Counted from the first letter of the stretch, positions 48,515 through 58,370 are shown. The stretch is 64,000 nt of DNA from Planctomycetota bacterium (GCA_016930595.1 JAFGGJ010000067.1:2275-66274), one strand, 5' to 3'. Translations and numbers: made by a program. The notes: generated by a model not told the origin, from the letters alone.

Positions 48515-48617
48515 GATATTCTCCCTCATTCTCCGCCGCTCAAAGCGGCCTCCCGTAAACGCCGCGATACATGTTACGGGCTGACCGCGGCGTGTCATGA
48601 AACAATCGAAGAACTTC

Positions 48618-49244
48618 TCAGAGGCGAAAAGATTTCCAGATATCCATCAGTTCCCGTATGGCCGAACGCGGGTCCCGCGAATCGTTGACGTAGCGGACGA
48701 CGCAGAAGTTGACTGCGCCGTGGCTCAGGACGTCCGGAAGGTTGTCCGCATTGATACCCCCTATCGCCACGGTCGTGACGCCGGCACGGGAAACTATGTC
48801 CTGCATCCGGACCAGCCCCAGGACCGGATCAGGATTGCGCTTGGTCGGCGTGGGGAAAACCGGGCCGACCCCGATGTAGTCCGGATGCAGCTCTTCGGCG
48901 GCGGCGGCCTGTTTTTCCGAATGCGTGGAAAGCCCGAAGATCCTGTCCCTGACCGGCCAGAGACGCCGGGCTTCCGGCAGCGGCGTGTCCTCCTGGCCCA
49001 GGTGGACCCCGTCGGCGTCCACTTCGCGGGCCAGAGCAACGTAATCGTTCATTATGAAACGGGTGGATGTACGGCGGGTAATTTCCCTGATGTGCCGCCC
49101 TACCGCAAGAACTTCCTCCGGCGGACGGTCTTTCATCCTGAGCTGGATGTACCGTAGCCCCTCCCCTACGGCGGCCTCGGCACACGTTTCATAACCGGCC
49201 AGGGGATCGGTAAGCACCAGGTAAAGACCGAAACTATCGGGCAT
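48618..49244 (-). CDS. thiE: thiamine-phosphate synthase
   Basis: 208-aa ORF with [34 protein letters not shown] and AIGGI motifs. Overlaps the thi4 stop by 11 nt. Confidence 0.85.
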   Translation of the reverse strand: MPDSFGLYLVLTDPLAGYETCAEAAVGEGLRYIQLRMKDRPPEEVLAVGRHIREITRRTSTRFIMNDYVALAREVDADGVHLGQEDTPLPEARRLWPVRDRIFGLSTHSEKQAAAAEELHPDYIGVGPVFPTPTKRNPDPVLGLVRMQDIVSRAGVTTVAIGGINADNLPDVLSHGAVNFCVVRYVNDSRDPRSAIRELMDIWKSFRL

Positions 49245-50007
49245 CCAGGCCCTCCGCTATCAGCCCCGCCACCTTGCGCCCGCTCAGGAACATTCCGCCG
49301 AATATCGGTCCCATCCGGAATCCCCCCGAAACGTTGTTGGCGGCCATTCCGGAAACATACAGCCCGGGACAGATCATCTTCGTGTTTTCCACCGTGGATG
49401 CTTCTCCGCTTTCCACCCACATCGGACGCTCGCCCATCACCTTGCCCGTCGGCGTGTCGAGTGTAACCCCGGCCTTGTCGGCGGCCTTCCGGGCAATTTC
49501 GCTCGGGTGACCCGTGCCGTCAAGGACGGCGCCTGCCGTAATTACCAGCGGATCGACGTGCATTTCCAGCCTCGTGATGGGCGTCCAGTTGATGACCACG
49601 CCGCAGACCTTCCCGTCCTTGAACACGATGTCTTCCACTGAAACGGAATTGAAAACATGCGCCCCGGCGTGTACCGCTCCGAAAATAAGCGCGGCTGCGA
49701 CTTCAACGGCGTCGGCCGTGTAGCAACCGTCGCCCGCATCCGTCGTGCGGATATTGAAATCGGACGCAATCTCCAGGGCGTTTTTCCGGAACACCAGCTC
49801 GTTGAAAAGCATCCCGCCTCCCCAGATGCCTCCGCCCGGCGCAAGCTTGCGTTCAAAAACCGCCACCTTCCTGCCCGCCAGGGCAAGGTCATGGGCGGCT
49901 ATCAGCCCCGACGGCCCAGCCCCGACCACGGCTACGTCGAGCGACAGGCACTCCTTGAGCTTGGTGAAAAAAGAATCGACGATGGCTCCCGAGATCTTCT
50001 CTTCCAT
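49234..50007 (-). CDS. thi4: Thi4-type thiazole synthase (His-type, non-suicide class)
   Basis: 257-aa ORF with [24 protein letters not shown], and VINWTPI..LEMHVDP carrying His where yeast THI4 has the sacrificial Cys (CMDP). Confidence 0.85.
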   Translation of the reverse strand: MEEKISGAIVDSFFTKLKECLSLDVAVVGAGPSGLIAAHDLALAGRKVAVFERKLAPGGGIWGGGMLFNELVFRKNALEIASDFNIRTTDAGDGCYTADAVEVAAALIFGAVHAGAHVFNSVSVEDIVFKDGKVCGVVINWTPITRLEMHVDPLVITAGAVLDGTGHPSEIARKAADKAGVTLDTPTGKVMGERPMWVESGEASTVENTKMICPGLYVSGMAANNVSGGFRMGPIFGGMFLSGRKVAGLIAEGLDAR

Positions 50008-50020
50008 GCCGTACCTCCAA

Positions 50021-50152
50021 ACAAAAAAACGGGCCCCGGTTCAAAGGGCCCGCGTACTGTGCATCAGAACCACGGTCCCTACGCCGGTGCTGACCGGATC
50101 AGGTTCAAAGGGTATGATCTCAGCCCGCCGCAACAACCGGGCACCCCTGCGG
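50021..50152 (-). promoter_or_regulatory. TPP (THI-box) riboswitch with intrinsic-terminator expression platform
   Basis: The minus strand reads GGGGUGCCCGG..GGCUGAGAUCAUACCCUUUGAACCUGAUCCGGUCAGCACCGGCGUAGGGA (about 50152->50074). It is followed by hairpin CGGGCCC-N9-GGGCCCG (50052->50030), then U7, then GGAGGU and the thi4 ATG at 50007. Confidence 0.85.
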
Positions 50153-50224
50153 GACACCGCCCCGCACCCGTATTATGGCATAACCTGCCGCAAAATCAAG
50201 CACCCTGCCCGCCTCCCGGTACGT

Positions 50225-50252
50225 TTGACAGCAGTTGAGCCAATAATAGAAT
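50225..50252 (+). promoter_or_regulatory. sigma-70-type promoter candidate for gap (TTGACA-N16-TAGAAT)
   Basis: Consensus -35 and a 5/6 -10 hexamer, 70 nt upstream of the gap ATG. Confidence 0.5.
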
Positions 50253-50321
50253 GTAGTACCGGCCGTGGCGGGGAGTTCCCGGCGCGGCTGCTGAGACATT
50301 ATCAGGAGAGGAGTCTTCACT

Positions 50322-51326
50322 ATGGCGGTAAAAGTTGGCATAAACGGCTTCGGCAGAATCGGCAAGCTGGTCTATCGGGTGCTGGCGGAAAGGGCCAAGG
50401 ATTTCAAGGTCGTAGGCATAAACGACCTGGCTGACGCCGCGACTCTCGCTCATATGCTCAAGTACGACTCTCTCCACGGCAAGTACGCCGGTGAAATTTC
50501 GGTCAAGGGAGAAACTCTGGTCGTCGACGGCAATGAAGTGCCCATCCTCACCGAAAAGGACCCCAAGAAACTGCCGTGGAAAAAACTCGGCGCCGAAGTG
50601 ATCGTGGAATCCACCGGCGTCTTCCGGGCTCATGAACAGTGCCTGTGGCACGTCGAAGCCGGCGCCAAGAAAGTCCTCCTCTCTGCGCCCGCTAAGGACA
50701 AGGTCGATAACACCATCGTCATCGGCGTGAATGATGATTCCTTGAAACCTTCCGATATCGTCGTTTCCAATGGCTCATGCACCACTAACTGCCTTGCCCC
50801 CCCAACCAAGGCCATTAACGACAAGTTCACCATAAAACGCGGCCTCATGACCACTATCCACGCCTACACCAATGACCAGCGGATACTGGACATGATCCAC
50901 AAGGATCTGCGCCGCGCCCGCGCCGCGGGTCTCAACATGATCCCCACTACAACGGGTGCCGCCAAGGCTATCGGCCTCGTCATTCCCGAACTCAACGGCA
51001 AGCTGGACGGCATGGCGATTCGCGTCCCCGTGGGCACCGGTTCCCTCGTCGACCTCACCGTCGAAGTGGAAAAAGCCACCACGGCTGAAGAAGTCAACGC
51101 CGCCGTCAAGGCCGCCGCACAGGGCCCCATGAAGGGTATCCTGGAATACGCGGACGAACCCATTGTGTCCTCCGACATAATTCACAACTCCCACTCCAGC
51201 ATCTTCGACTCGCTCACCACCAAGGTGCTGGACGGTACAATCGTCAAGATCCTGTCGTGGTACGACAACGAATGGGGCTTCTCAAACCGGATGGTCGACC
51301 TCCTGGGCAAAATGGCCGCTATCTGA
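50322..51326 (+). CDS. gap: type I glyceraldehyde-3-phosphate dehydrogenase
   Basis: 334-aa ORF with INGFGRIGK, active-site SCTTNCLAP, and WYDNEWGFS. Confidence 0.95.
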   Translation: MAVKVGINGFGRIGKLVYRVLAERAKDFKVVGINDLADAATLAHMLKYDSLHGKYAGEISVKGETLVVDGNEVPILTEKDPKKLPWKKLGAEVIVESTGVFRAHEQCLWHVEAGAKKVLLSAPAKDKVDNTIVIGVNDDSLKPSDIVVSNGSCTTNCLAPPTKAINDKFTIKRGLMTTIHAYTNDQRILDMIHKDLRRARAAGLNMIPTTTGAAKAIGLVIPELNGKLDGMAIRVPVGTGSLVDLTVEVEKATTAEEVNAAVKAAAQGPMKGILEYADEPIVSSDIIHNSHSSIFDSLTTKVLDGTIVKILSWYDNEWGFSNRMVDLLGKMAAI

Positions 51327-51416
51327 TTCAACCGTCGCCACGGCATGTGTGAAACAACGGGGCCGCTGCCCTCCAGGGCCGGCGGCCCCGTTCGGGTATA
51401 TGCGCAGGAGAACACG

Positions 51417-52067
51417 ATGGTTTACATCGCTCCTTCGATACTGGCGGCCGATGCCTGCCGCCTCAGCGACGAAGTCCTGAAAGCCTCCCGTTCCGGCGCT
51501 GATTTTATCCACTGCGATATAATGGACGGACATTTTGTCCCCAACATATCTTTCGGTCCCCATGTAGTTGCTGCCGTCAAGAAATGTTCCCCGCTCCCGG
51601 TGGAAGCCCACTTGATGATCTCCGAACCCGACCGCTATGCCGCGGCGTTCATCGACGCGGGGGCCGATATCATTTCCGTGCACTGTGAAACTCCGGAAAA
51701 GAGCCGCAAAGCCGCCGATCTGATACGCAACGCCGGACGAATGCTCGGCCTAGTCGTCAACCCGCCGACGCCCTTCGAATCCATCCAGGCCCTGTTCGAC
51801 CTCCGGCCCGAACTCGTCTTGTGCATGACGGTCAATCCTGGCTTCGGCGGGCAGGAGTTCATCCATGACGTCCTGCCGAAAATACGCGCCGTGCGTGAAT
51901 CGCTCAACCCGACCTATCTCTCCGTGGATGGCGGACTGAACACCAATACAATAGCCTTGGCGGCCAGGGCCGGGGCGAATTTCATCGTCGCGGGCACGGC
52001 CGTGTTCCGGGCCCAGGATCCCGTGTCCGCTGTCAAGGAACTCCGGATGGCGGCTTCACAAGCCTAG
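51417..52067 (+). CDS. rpe: ribulose-phosphate 3-epimerase
   Basis: ATG at 51417 follows gcaggag (the ORF track opens at 51345). IAPSILAAD, HCDIMDGHFVPN and VNPGFGGQ motifs. Confidence 0.9.
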   Translation: MVYIAPSILAADACRLSDEVLKASRSGADFIHCDIMDGHFVPNISFGPHVVAAVKKCSPLPVEAHLMISEPDRYAAAFIDAGADIISVHCETPEKSRKAADLIRNAGRMLGLVVNPPTPFESIQALFDLRPELVLCMTVNPGFGGQEFIHDVLPKIRAVRESLNPTYLSVDGGLNTNTIALAARAGANFIVAGTAVFRAQDPVSAVKELRMAASQA

Positions 52068-52078
52068 AAAGGCTTCCC

Positions 52079-52453
52079 ATGCCTGCGCGAATACTGCTGG
52101 TGGACGACGATCCGGACATACGTTCCGCCTACGCAGACGTACTCAAATCGGCCGGTTACGACGTCTTCCCGGTTGCCACCGGACCCGAATGCATCAGGGA
52201 GCTCACCGAATCCTCCGGCGCCTACGACCTGCTTTTCCTCGACGTCCTCCTCCCTGAACAGACCGGCTACGACATCCTGGACGTCGTCAGGTCAACCTGG
52301 GCGCAAATACCCGTCGTGCTCATCTCAGGCAAAATAGACAGCATCGCACACGATGCCCTGGACGCGCTGGGTGCAAAGGAATTCCTCCAAAAACCGGTAG
52401 AAGCCGAAAGACTCCTGGCCGCCGCCGCCCGCTGGACCGGCGACGGGACATAG
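52079..52453 (+). CDS. stand-alone response regulator receiver (CheY-like)
   Basis: 124-aa ORF with ILLVDDDPD, phospho-acceptor DLLFLDVLLP, and VVLISGK. Confidence 0.8.
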   Translation: MPARILLVDDDPDIRSAYADVLKSAGYDVFPVATGPECIRELTESSGAYDLLFLDVLLPEQTGYDILDVVRSTWAQIPVVLISGKIDSIAHDALDALGAKEFLQKPVEAERLLAAAARWTGDGT

Positions 52454-52464
52454 GCGCCCCCCGC

Positions 52465-54222
52465 CTATTCGCTGCCGATCCCCATCGACACCGAGTACAG
52501 CCCTAACAGCCTGCTTCGTTCCTCTGGAATAGATTCGTCTTCCGTCGCGGCGTACTTCTTCGCCATGTTATGAAAGCGCGCCGGAGAAACCTTGGCCCAT
52601 TCGACGCGGATATCCTCACCGAGCACCTTCGCCCCTACGCCCGAATCGTCCGCCGCTGTCAGTTTCGCACGCACCGGCGCCCCCATGAAATCCATCCAGA
52701 CCGTCTTCCGGCTCCCCGCTCCGACGCCTTCGATAACCCAACGTTTCATGGCCGTAACGGCGCGGAAGCCCGTCGCAATGTCCCCAAGCGCCGCGGACGC
52801 ATCCTTGTCTTTCTCGTCCGCGATGAGCTTGTCCACGGCGGCCGCTGCTCCAGCGTAGTCTCCGGCCAGTGCAAGATTCCGCGCGCTTTCGATGGCGGCG
52901 GCATGTCTCTCCAGGGCGTCCGGCGCGGGACCTTCATTGGCGGCCTTGAGTTTCCTCGCTACAAGCTCCCACGTGCTTTCGCCGATGCCCTTTTCCCCTT
53001 CCCCGGCTTTCCTGGCCACCGATCCGAACTCGTCCGCACCGATATCCGGCGGGCCGGTTCTGGGATGCCCGTCGAAATCGTCCGTCACCTCCGGCAGTGG
53101 AATACCCTTCTTTATGGCCGTCTGAGCGGCGGCGGTAAGATGCAGGTCCCCGACGATGGCGTTCACCACCATGTTCCTCAGACCGGCGTTGACGTTGTTG
53201 CGATTCTCAACGCCGCCGTCTACCACCAGGCGCCCCTGGATAAGGTTGTTGATGAAACGCCCGCCGGCAGCCCCTTGAAAAAAATGTACGGAATAGCCCT
53301 TCCCTGCGTTATAGACCGTATTGTTACAGACGATCGTGTCTTTCGTGCGGCAGACCTCGATCGCCGTGTTCCCTCCGGCCACAATGTAGTTGTTCCGTAT
53401 GATCCCGCGGGTCATGTGAAGACTGCCGCCCGAAGGGTTCCCGAAACATATCCCGCGGTCGCAGTCCACGATGAGGTTCCGTTCGGCAATGACGTCTTCA
53501 GAGTTGTTCCAGATGAAGATGGCGCCGCGGCCCACGCCGTTCTTACCCTGGATACCGACGAAAACGTTGTCGCTGATGACCCAGTCCTTCAGCCACATCA
53601 TGTCTATGCCCGCTATGTAGTCCCCCCCGGCATAGTCGTTCACCGTCTTGCGGTGATCGACGATGAACACGCAGTACTGTATCCGGCCGCCCGCGGGACG
53701 CGTGGCCTCGGGGTTGTCCTTGGGGGCTGTCCCCTTTATCGACCTCTCCCACACGTTCCTGATCCTGCAGTTGTAGATGACCGTCCGCTGCGTGTCGGAC
53801 TCCCCCTTTATCGTAAAACCGTGCACGGGGGCGTTCTGCAGCGTTATGTCGGCCACCATGCAGTCGTCGCCGCCTTCGAACCAGATGAGTTCCTTCTCGC
53901 TGCAGCGGGATCCGTCCAGGATGACTTTCGACGGGTCTCCGGATGCCCCACGGATCGTGATACCGTTCTTCTGGAGCCGTACGAACGTGGGAAGATAATA
54001 GTGCCCGTCCGCTATCAGGACCGTCGTCCCTGGACTGCTGTTCACGGCGCTGTACAGTTGCTCCACACGGTTCACGTTGACGATGTGTCCATGCGGCGGA
54101 CCGAGTGGCGGCGCTTTGCGGGCGACTTTTTCTATTTCCGACGTATCGAGAGCGGCAAGACTTGCACAGGCCGCTGCCAGCAGGGCCCCCAGCACTATCG
54201 CCGGTATTCCGCCTGCAGACAT
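52465..54222 (-). CDS. secreted right-handed parallel beta-helix repeat protein with helical C-terminal domain
   Basis: ATG at 54222 follows GGAGGG and gives signal peptide MSAGGIPAIVLGALLAAACASLAAL. Beta-helix rungs (NNxI..N) are followed by an Ala/Lys-rich helical region of about 190 aa. Confidence 0.6.
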   Translation of the reverse strand: MSAGGIPAIVLGALLAAACASLAALDTSEIEKVARKAPPLGPPHGHIVNVNRVEQLYSAVNSSPGTTVLIADGHYYLPTFVRLQKNGITIRGASGDPSKVILDGSRCSEKELIWFEGGDDCMVADITLQNAPVHGFTIKGESDTQRTVIYNCRIRNVWERSIKGTAPKDNPEATRPAGGRIQYCVFIVDHRKTVNDYAGGDYIAGIDMMWLKDWVISDNVFVGIQGKNGVGRGAIFIWNNSEDVIAERNLIVDCDRGICFGNPSGGSLHMTRGIIRNNYIVAGGNTAIEVCRTKDTIVCNNTVYNAGKGYSVHFFQGAAGGRFINNLIQGRLVVDGGVENRNNVNAGLRNMVVNAIVGDLHLTAAAQTAIKKGIPLPEVTDDFDGHPRTGPPDIGADEFGSVARKAGEGEKGIGESTWELVARKLKAANEGPAPDALERHAAAIESARNLALAGDYAGAAAAVDKLIADEKDKDASAALGDIATGFRAVTAMKRWVIEGVGAGSRKTVWMDFMGAPVRAKLTAADDSGVGAKVLGEDIRVEWAKVSPARFHNMAKKYAATEDESIPEERSRLLGLYSVSMGIGSE

Positions 54223-54403
54223 CGGCCCTCCAGTATTCCGCCGCGCCACTTCCGCCCCGCAACAATGCTCATTTCTCATTACAGCCGCGCATTGCTGTAA
54301 GTCACCTGCCAATTGGCGTATCCAGTACCGTTCGATTTGCAGTTCCCCCGGCATGAAAAGTGTGGTAAAATATCTCCCTGTTCGGAAGAAGAAGGGGCCT
54401 TGA

Positions 54404-55261
54404 ATGAAACTCTTGTGTCCGCTCAGCGCGTTTTTACTGATCGGAACGTCCTTGATATCTTCAGCTCACGCCCGGGAACTCGTGCTGCTCCATTTCGGCG
54501 ATTCCAACACCATCACTTCCTACCTCCCGGAATCCCGGCGCGTCAATTCCGCCCTTCAGCTCCTGCTGGCTCAGCATTACCCGAAACAGCCCGTCAGATG
54601 CGTGAACGCCGGCCAGGACGGCGACTACATCCGCAGGTTCCTCGATGAAGGACGCTACCGCAAGGTCCAGGCCGCCAATCCCCGCATGGATATCGCCTTC
54701 ATCCGCTACGGCCAGAACGACATGAAGCACTATAAGCCGGACGAATTCGAAGCGCACCTCAAGGAGTTCGTCGGCGTGCTCAGGCGCGATTATCCCGGCG
54801 TTCATATCTTCCTCGAAACCGGCATTTACATAGACGGCAGGCACTGGTATGACCAGACGCAGGATGCTTCCAGGTACGCCAACGATAAGTACCAGAAATA
54901 CTGGGCCGTGACGCGCAAGGTCGCAGCAGAACTCAATCTGCCTCTCATCGACCAGTGGCGGCGATGGGATGTCGAAACCAGGGCCGGCCTGTGGGACCTG
55001 CGCATCCGCAACGGCACGCATGCCGACGACCCCGCACACCCCCAGCATTTCTATAACGCACACGCCAATTCCACCGGCGTCATCCTTTATGCGTTGGAAA
55101 TATGCCGCCACCTGCTGCACTATTTCCCCAGGCAGCTTCCGGCTGCAGGACAGCCCGCCGCCGATCCGCATAAGATCCCGGTGCCCCCGCCGGCGGCGGC
55201 AGGCATGCAGCAGGTGAAGCCCGTGGACGATGCCCTCAAGAAAACCTCCGGCGCCCTTTGA
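54404..55261 (+). CDS. secreted SGNH/GDSL family hydrolase (carbohydrate esterase-like)
   Basis: Signal peptide MKLLCPLSAFLLIGTSLISSAHA. Block I LLHFGDSNT and block III YGQND. Confidence 0.7.
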   Translation: MKLLCPLSAFLLIGTSLISSAHARELVLLHFGDSNTITSYLPESRRVNSALQLLLAQHYPKQPVRCVNAGQDGDYIRRFLDEGRYRKVQAANPRMDIAFIRYGQNDMKHYKPDEFEAHLKEFVGVLRRDYPGVHIFLETGIYIDGRHWYDQTQDASRYANDKYQKYWAVTRKVAAELNLPLIDQWRRWDVETRAGLWDLRIRNGTHADDPAHPQHFYNAHANSTGVILYALEICRHLLHYFPRQLPAAGQPAADPHKIPVPPPAAAGMQQVKPVDDALKKTSGAL

Positions 55262-55350
55262 CCACCGGGTTCAAAGGGCGTAAATGGCCGTGACGGCAGG
55301 CGCCTTCACGGATTTTGCAGCTTTCGGGCCCCGATTTTAAGGAGACAGCA

Positions 55351-56061
55351 ATGGGTGATTTCAACGATGCTCCGACTCAGGAACAGCCCCTCCAGCCGGG
55401 GGGCGCCGTCACGGCACCCACGGTACAGCCCGGCCCCAAGAAAACCAGCGGCCTCGCGGTCGGCGCTCTCATTCTCGGCATACTCGCCTTTATCAGCGGT
55501 TTCATGTTTATCGGCGGACTCCTCGGCCTCGTCGGCCTCATACTCGGCATTGCAGCGATCCCGGGCATCAAGAAAGACGAACGTCTGTCCGGCAAGGGAC
55601 TTGCCATCGCCGGCATCGTGCTCTCCATCCTCGGCATGTTGTCCGCCTTGGGTACGCTGGTGGCCGGCATGTTCCTGATGCAGCACGGTGGCGGACTGAT
55701 ACAGCAGGGCGTCGGCGCGGCCAAAATGGCCCAGATAAAGATCGCCATGGACTTCTACGCGGAAAATAACGCCGGCAGGTATCCCGACAGGCTCTCGGAA
55801 CTCGTCCCCGACTATATCGGCGATACGGACCTCTTCAAACTGCCCGGCTCCGATATCGAAGTCACCGCCGATAACGTGGACGACACTTCCGCTTTTGTCC
55901 TCGTCCCAGGCCTGAGCCGCGATGACCCTCCCAGGAGCGTCCTGATTTACGGCAGGGGGACTTTTACCGTCGCGGGGATTACCATGCGCAGTTTCCTCTA
56001 CCTGGACGGCACCGGCGACGCCAAGCCCGAACCTGAATTCAGAAAGCTCATCGGGCAGTAG
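55351..56061 (+). CDS. DUF4190-like membrane domain fused to a pseudopilin (GspG)-like globular domain
   Basis: ATG at 55351 follows aaggag. Gly/Ile/Leu-rich double TM (GALILGILAFISGF ... GLAIAGIVLSILG). C-terminal AKMAQIKIAMDFYAENNAGRYPDRLSELVPDYI resembles the pseudopilin core. Confidence 0.5.
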   Translation: MGDFNDAPTQEQPLQPGGAVTAPTVQPGPKKTSGLAVGALILGILAFISGFMFIGGLLGLVGLILGIAAIPGIKKDERLSGKGLAIAGIVLSILGMLSALGTLVAGMFLMQHGGGLIQQGVGAAKMAQIKIAMDFYAENNAGRYPDRLSELVPDYIGDTDLFKLPGSDIEVTADNVDDTSAFVLVPGLSRDDPPRSVLIYGRGTFTVAGITMRSFLYLDGTGDAKPEPEFRKLIGQ

Positions 56062-56090
56062 CGGCCAACCGCCACCCCTCCTGAAAACAC

Positions 56091-56131
56091 GCGGCGTTGA
56101 ATCCAGTCTGTGGATTCAACGCCGCTTTTCT
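56091..56131. terminator. rho-independent terminator between convergent genes
   Basis: 15-bp stem gcggcgttgaatcca / tggattcaacgccgc with a 5-nt loop, followed by ttttct on the plus strand. Confidence 0.7.
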
Positions 56132-56151
56132 CCGCCCCCGGCGTACGGTTT

Positions 56152-56997
56152 TCAGACACCGAGAGACCGCAGGAACTTCACCGCCTTCGCCAGGTCGGCC
56201 TCCGGATCCTCCCCGACCTCCCGCTCTATGGTCAGGAACCCGTCGAACCCCGTGTCCTTCAGCGCCTGTATATACGCCGGCCAGTCCACTTCCCCTTCGC
56301 CCAGCGGCACCTCTTCGAAGTACTGCCCGTAATCCAGCCCCATCTGGTTCCCGTCGGCAAACGAGTCGTAAACCAGTTCAGCGTCTATGTCCTGCTTGTG
56401 GACCCCGTCCTTCGCGTGCGTGTGCACGATGTAGTCGCCCAGGATCCCCACCCCGGCAACCGGATCGTCGTGCGTCACCATCACAAGGTTTGCCGGGTCG
56501 TAGTTCACCTTCACACCCCTGGCGGAAAGTGAATCCAGGAATTCCTTCAACTCCTTCGCCCGCTCGGGCCCCGTCTCAACCGCAAACGAAGCACCCACCC
56601 TGTCTCCATATTCAGCCAGTTCGTTGCAGGCGGCCTTCATGGCTTCCAGCTTCGGCTTACTCTTATCGCTCGGCACGGCCCCGATGTGCGTCGTCACGAC
56701 GTCTGTCCCAAGGTCCACCGCAAGGTCCAGTATGCCCTTCGACGCTTCAACCCGCCCGGCATTGTCTTCCGCAACCTGGAACCCGTGCCCTCCGAAATCC
56801 CCGCACAGCGCCGACAGCGCCAGCCCCAGTGAACCCAGTTCCTTCACGAATTCATCACGCCGCGCCGGTGAAAGCTCCGGTGTCAGTTCCCCCTTCGTCG
56901 CGTATATCTGCACGCCCTCCGCCCCTATCTCCGCCGCCTTCCGCAACCCCTCGTGCAGTCCCGCACGGAACGATTCCACTATCACTCCTATTTTCAT
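56152..56997 (-). CDS. sugar phosphate isomerase/epimerase (xylose isomerase-like TIM barrel)
   Basis: 281-aa ORF: MKIGVIVESF..., FAVETGP, HTHAKDG. Typical AP-endonuclease-2/TIM family layout. Confidence 0.8.
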   Translation of the reverse strand: MKIGVIVESFRAGLHEGLRKAAEIGAEGVQIYATKGELTPELSPARRDEFVKELGSLGLALSALCGDFGGHGFQVAEDNAGRVEASKGILDLAVDLGTDVVTTHIGAVPSDKSKPKLEAMKAACNELAEYGDRVGASFAVETGPERAKELKEFLDSLSARGVKVNYDPANLVMVTHDDPVAGVGILGDYIVHTHAKDGVHKQDIDAELVYDSFADGNQMGLDYGQYFEEVPLGEGEVDWPAYIQALKDTGFDGFLTIEREVGEDPEADLAKAVKFLRSLGV

Positions 56998-57017
56998 TGC
57001 CGCCTCCTTCTATCCTC

Positions 57018-58247
57018 TCAGGTGTAGCTGATCCCTTCGTACGCCCATGGAACCGCGCCCGCCGCCGCCGCGAAACGTTCCAGCACCGGCCCGCCGCAAA
57101 TGACCGAAACCGCATCCTGCCGTACGCCGGAAACCACGTCCAGCCGCCGGTAGACGAACCGCACCCAGTCCGCCCGGCTCATCGCAAGAACCAGTTCTTC
57201 GCCTCCTGATCCCACCCTTATCTCTCCCCTCTCGTCCCCGTCCTCGTACGTCGCCCTCACCGCCAAGCCCGCCCTGTTCAGGCTGTCCCCGTACGCGGCA
57301 TCCGCAACCGCCTGGGCGTTCAGAGGCTGCCCGTATATCCCCAGGCCCCGGGACGCTTCGACCCCCGGCAGCGAGCGGAATACCGCATCCAGCGGATGCC
57401 CCGAACCTCCCCATATCACCAGCCCCTCCGCTCCCGCTTTTGCCGCCTCCCGGGCGGACGCGTACAGGGCGATTTCCGCCCAGCGCGGCTCGCCGCCGCG
57501 GCAAGCCGCTTCCAGCACCTGCCCTGGGGTTCCCTGCTTCCTGAGCGCCAGCACCAGGGCATAGCTTCGTATCCCGCCTTTCCCGTCCCTTACTATCACC
57601 GTCCGCAGCGCCCGCCCGTTGTTGGAATCGTCGTTCCGGTCATGGAAGCCCCGCGTCGGCGTCAGCCATCCCGGTTCATGAACGTAACACCCCGCCTGCG
57701 CCGCGCCCCTGCTCCTGTAGATATCCAGCAGTTCCGCTTCGTTCGCCCGGTAAAGGTCGAACCCCTCCCCCACTTCCGCTCCCTGCGACTCGGGCACACC
57801 GGCGGACCGCTCGAACCGCCACGTGTACGTCACCGGCACCGCCAGCGCCACAAAACCGTTCCGCACGTAGTAGTGATACGCCTTCTGCCGCTCGCTTATT
57901 ATCACTTTCAGCGAATCCGCGTATGCCGGCAGCACCTCCAGCGCCGCCGCATGCACCAGCGAGCCCACGCCGGTCCCACGGGCTTTCTCGCTGACGCCCA
58001 CCGCGTTGGCAAACGCCGTCCGCACCGCGCCCGCCCCTACCACGAAAGGCCTCAACAGGTAGCTTACCGACGACAGCACTTCCCCATCCCTCAACGCCGT
58101 TATCCCCGTCATCGCCCTCGGCTCGGCCTCGTACAGCGAACGCCACCACTCCGCCGTTACCGGCCCCCCCGTGAATATCTCGTTCCGCAGCCTGATATAA
58201 GGCCCTATCTCCTCCCGCCGGACCTCGTGAATGTCGATCTCGCCCAT
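57018..58247 (-). CDS. GNAT family N-acetyltransferase with Eis-like three-domain architecture
   Basis: 409-aa ORF with N-terminal GNAT (ARGTGVGSLVHAAAL acetyl-CoA loop), a second GNAT-like region, and a C-terminal SCP2-like domain. Confidence 0.55.
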   Translation of the reverse strand: MGEIDIHEVRREEIGPYIRLRNEIFTGGPVTAEWWRSLYEAEPRAMTGITALRDGEVLSSVSYLLRPFVVGAGAVRTAFANAVGVSEKARGTGVGSLVHAAALEVLPAYADSLKVIISERQKAYHYYVRNGFVALAVPVTYTWRFERSAGVPESQGAEVGEGFDLYRANEAELLDIYRSRGAAQAGCYVHEPGWLTPTRGFHDRNDDSNNGRALRTVIVRDGKGGIRSYALVLALRKQGTPGQVLEAACRGGEPRWAEIALYASAREAAKAGAEGLVIWGGSGHPLDAVFRSLPGVEASRGLGIYGQPLNAQAVADAAYGDSLNRAGLAVRATYEDGDERGEIRVGSGGEELVLAMSRADWVRFVYRRLDVVSGVRQDAVSVICGGPVLERFAAAAGAVPWAYEGISYT

Positions 58248-58370
58248 CCAGCAGCTCCCTGCACGCCGTATACAGAGACTATGACGCGAAGCCGCCGCTT
58301 TTCAACAGAAAAACCCCCTCTGGAATTCAGGCCCCGGCTCCCGACCCCTGCCACCGGTGAAACCTGCATC

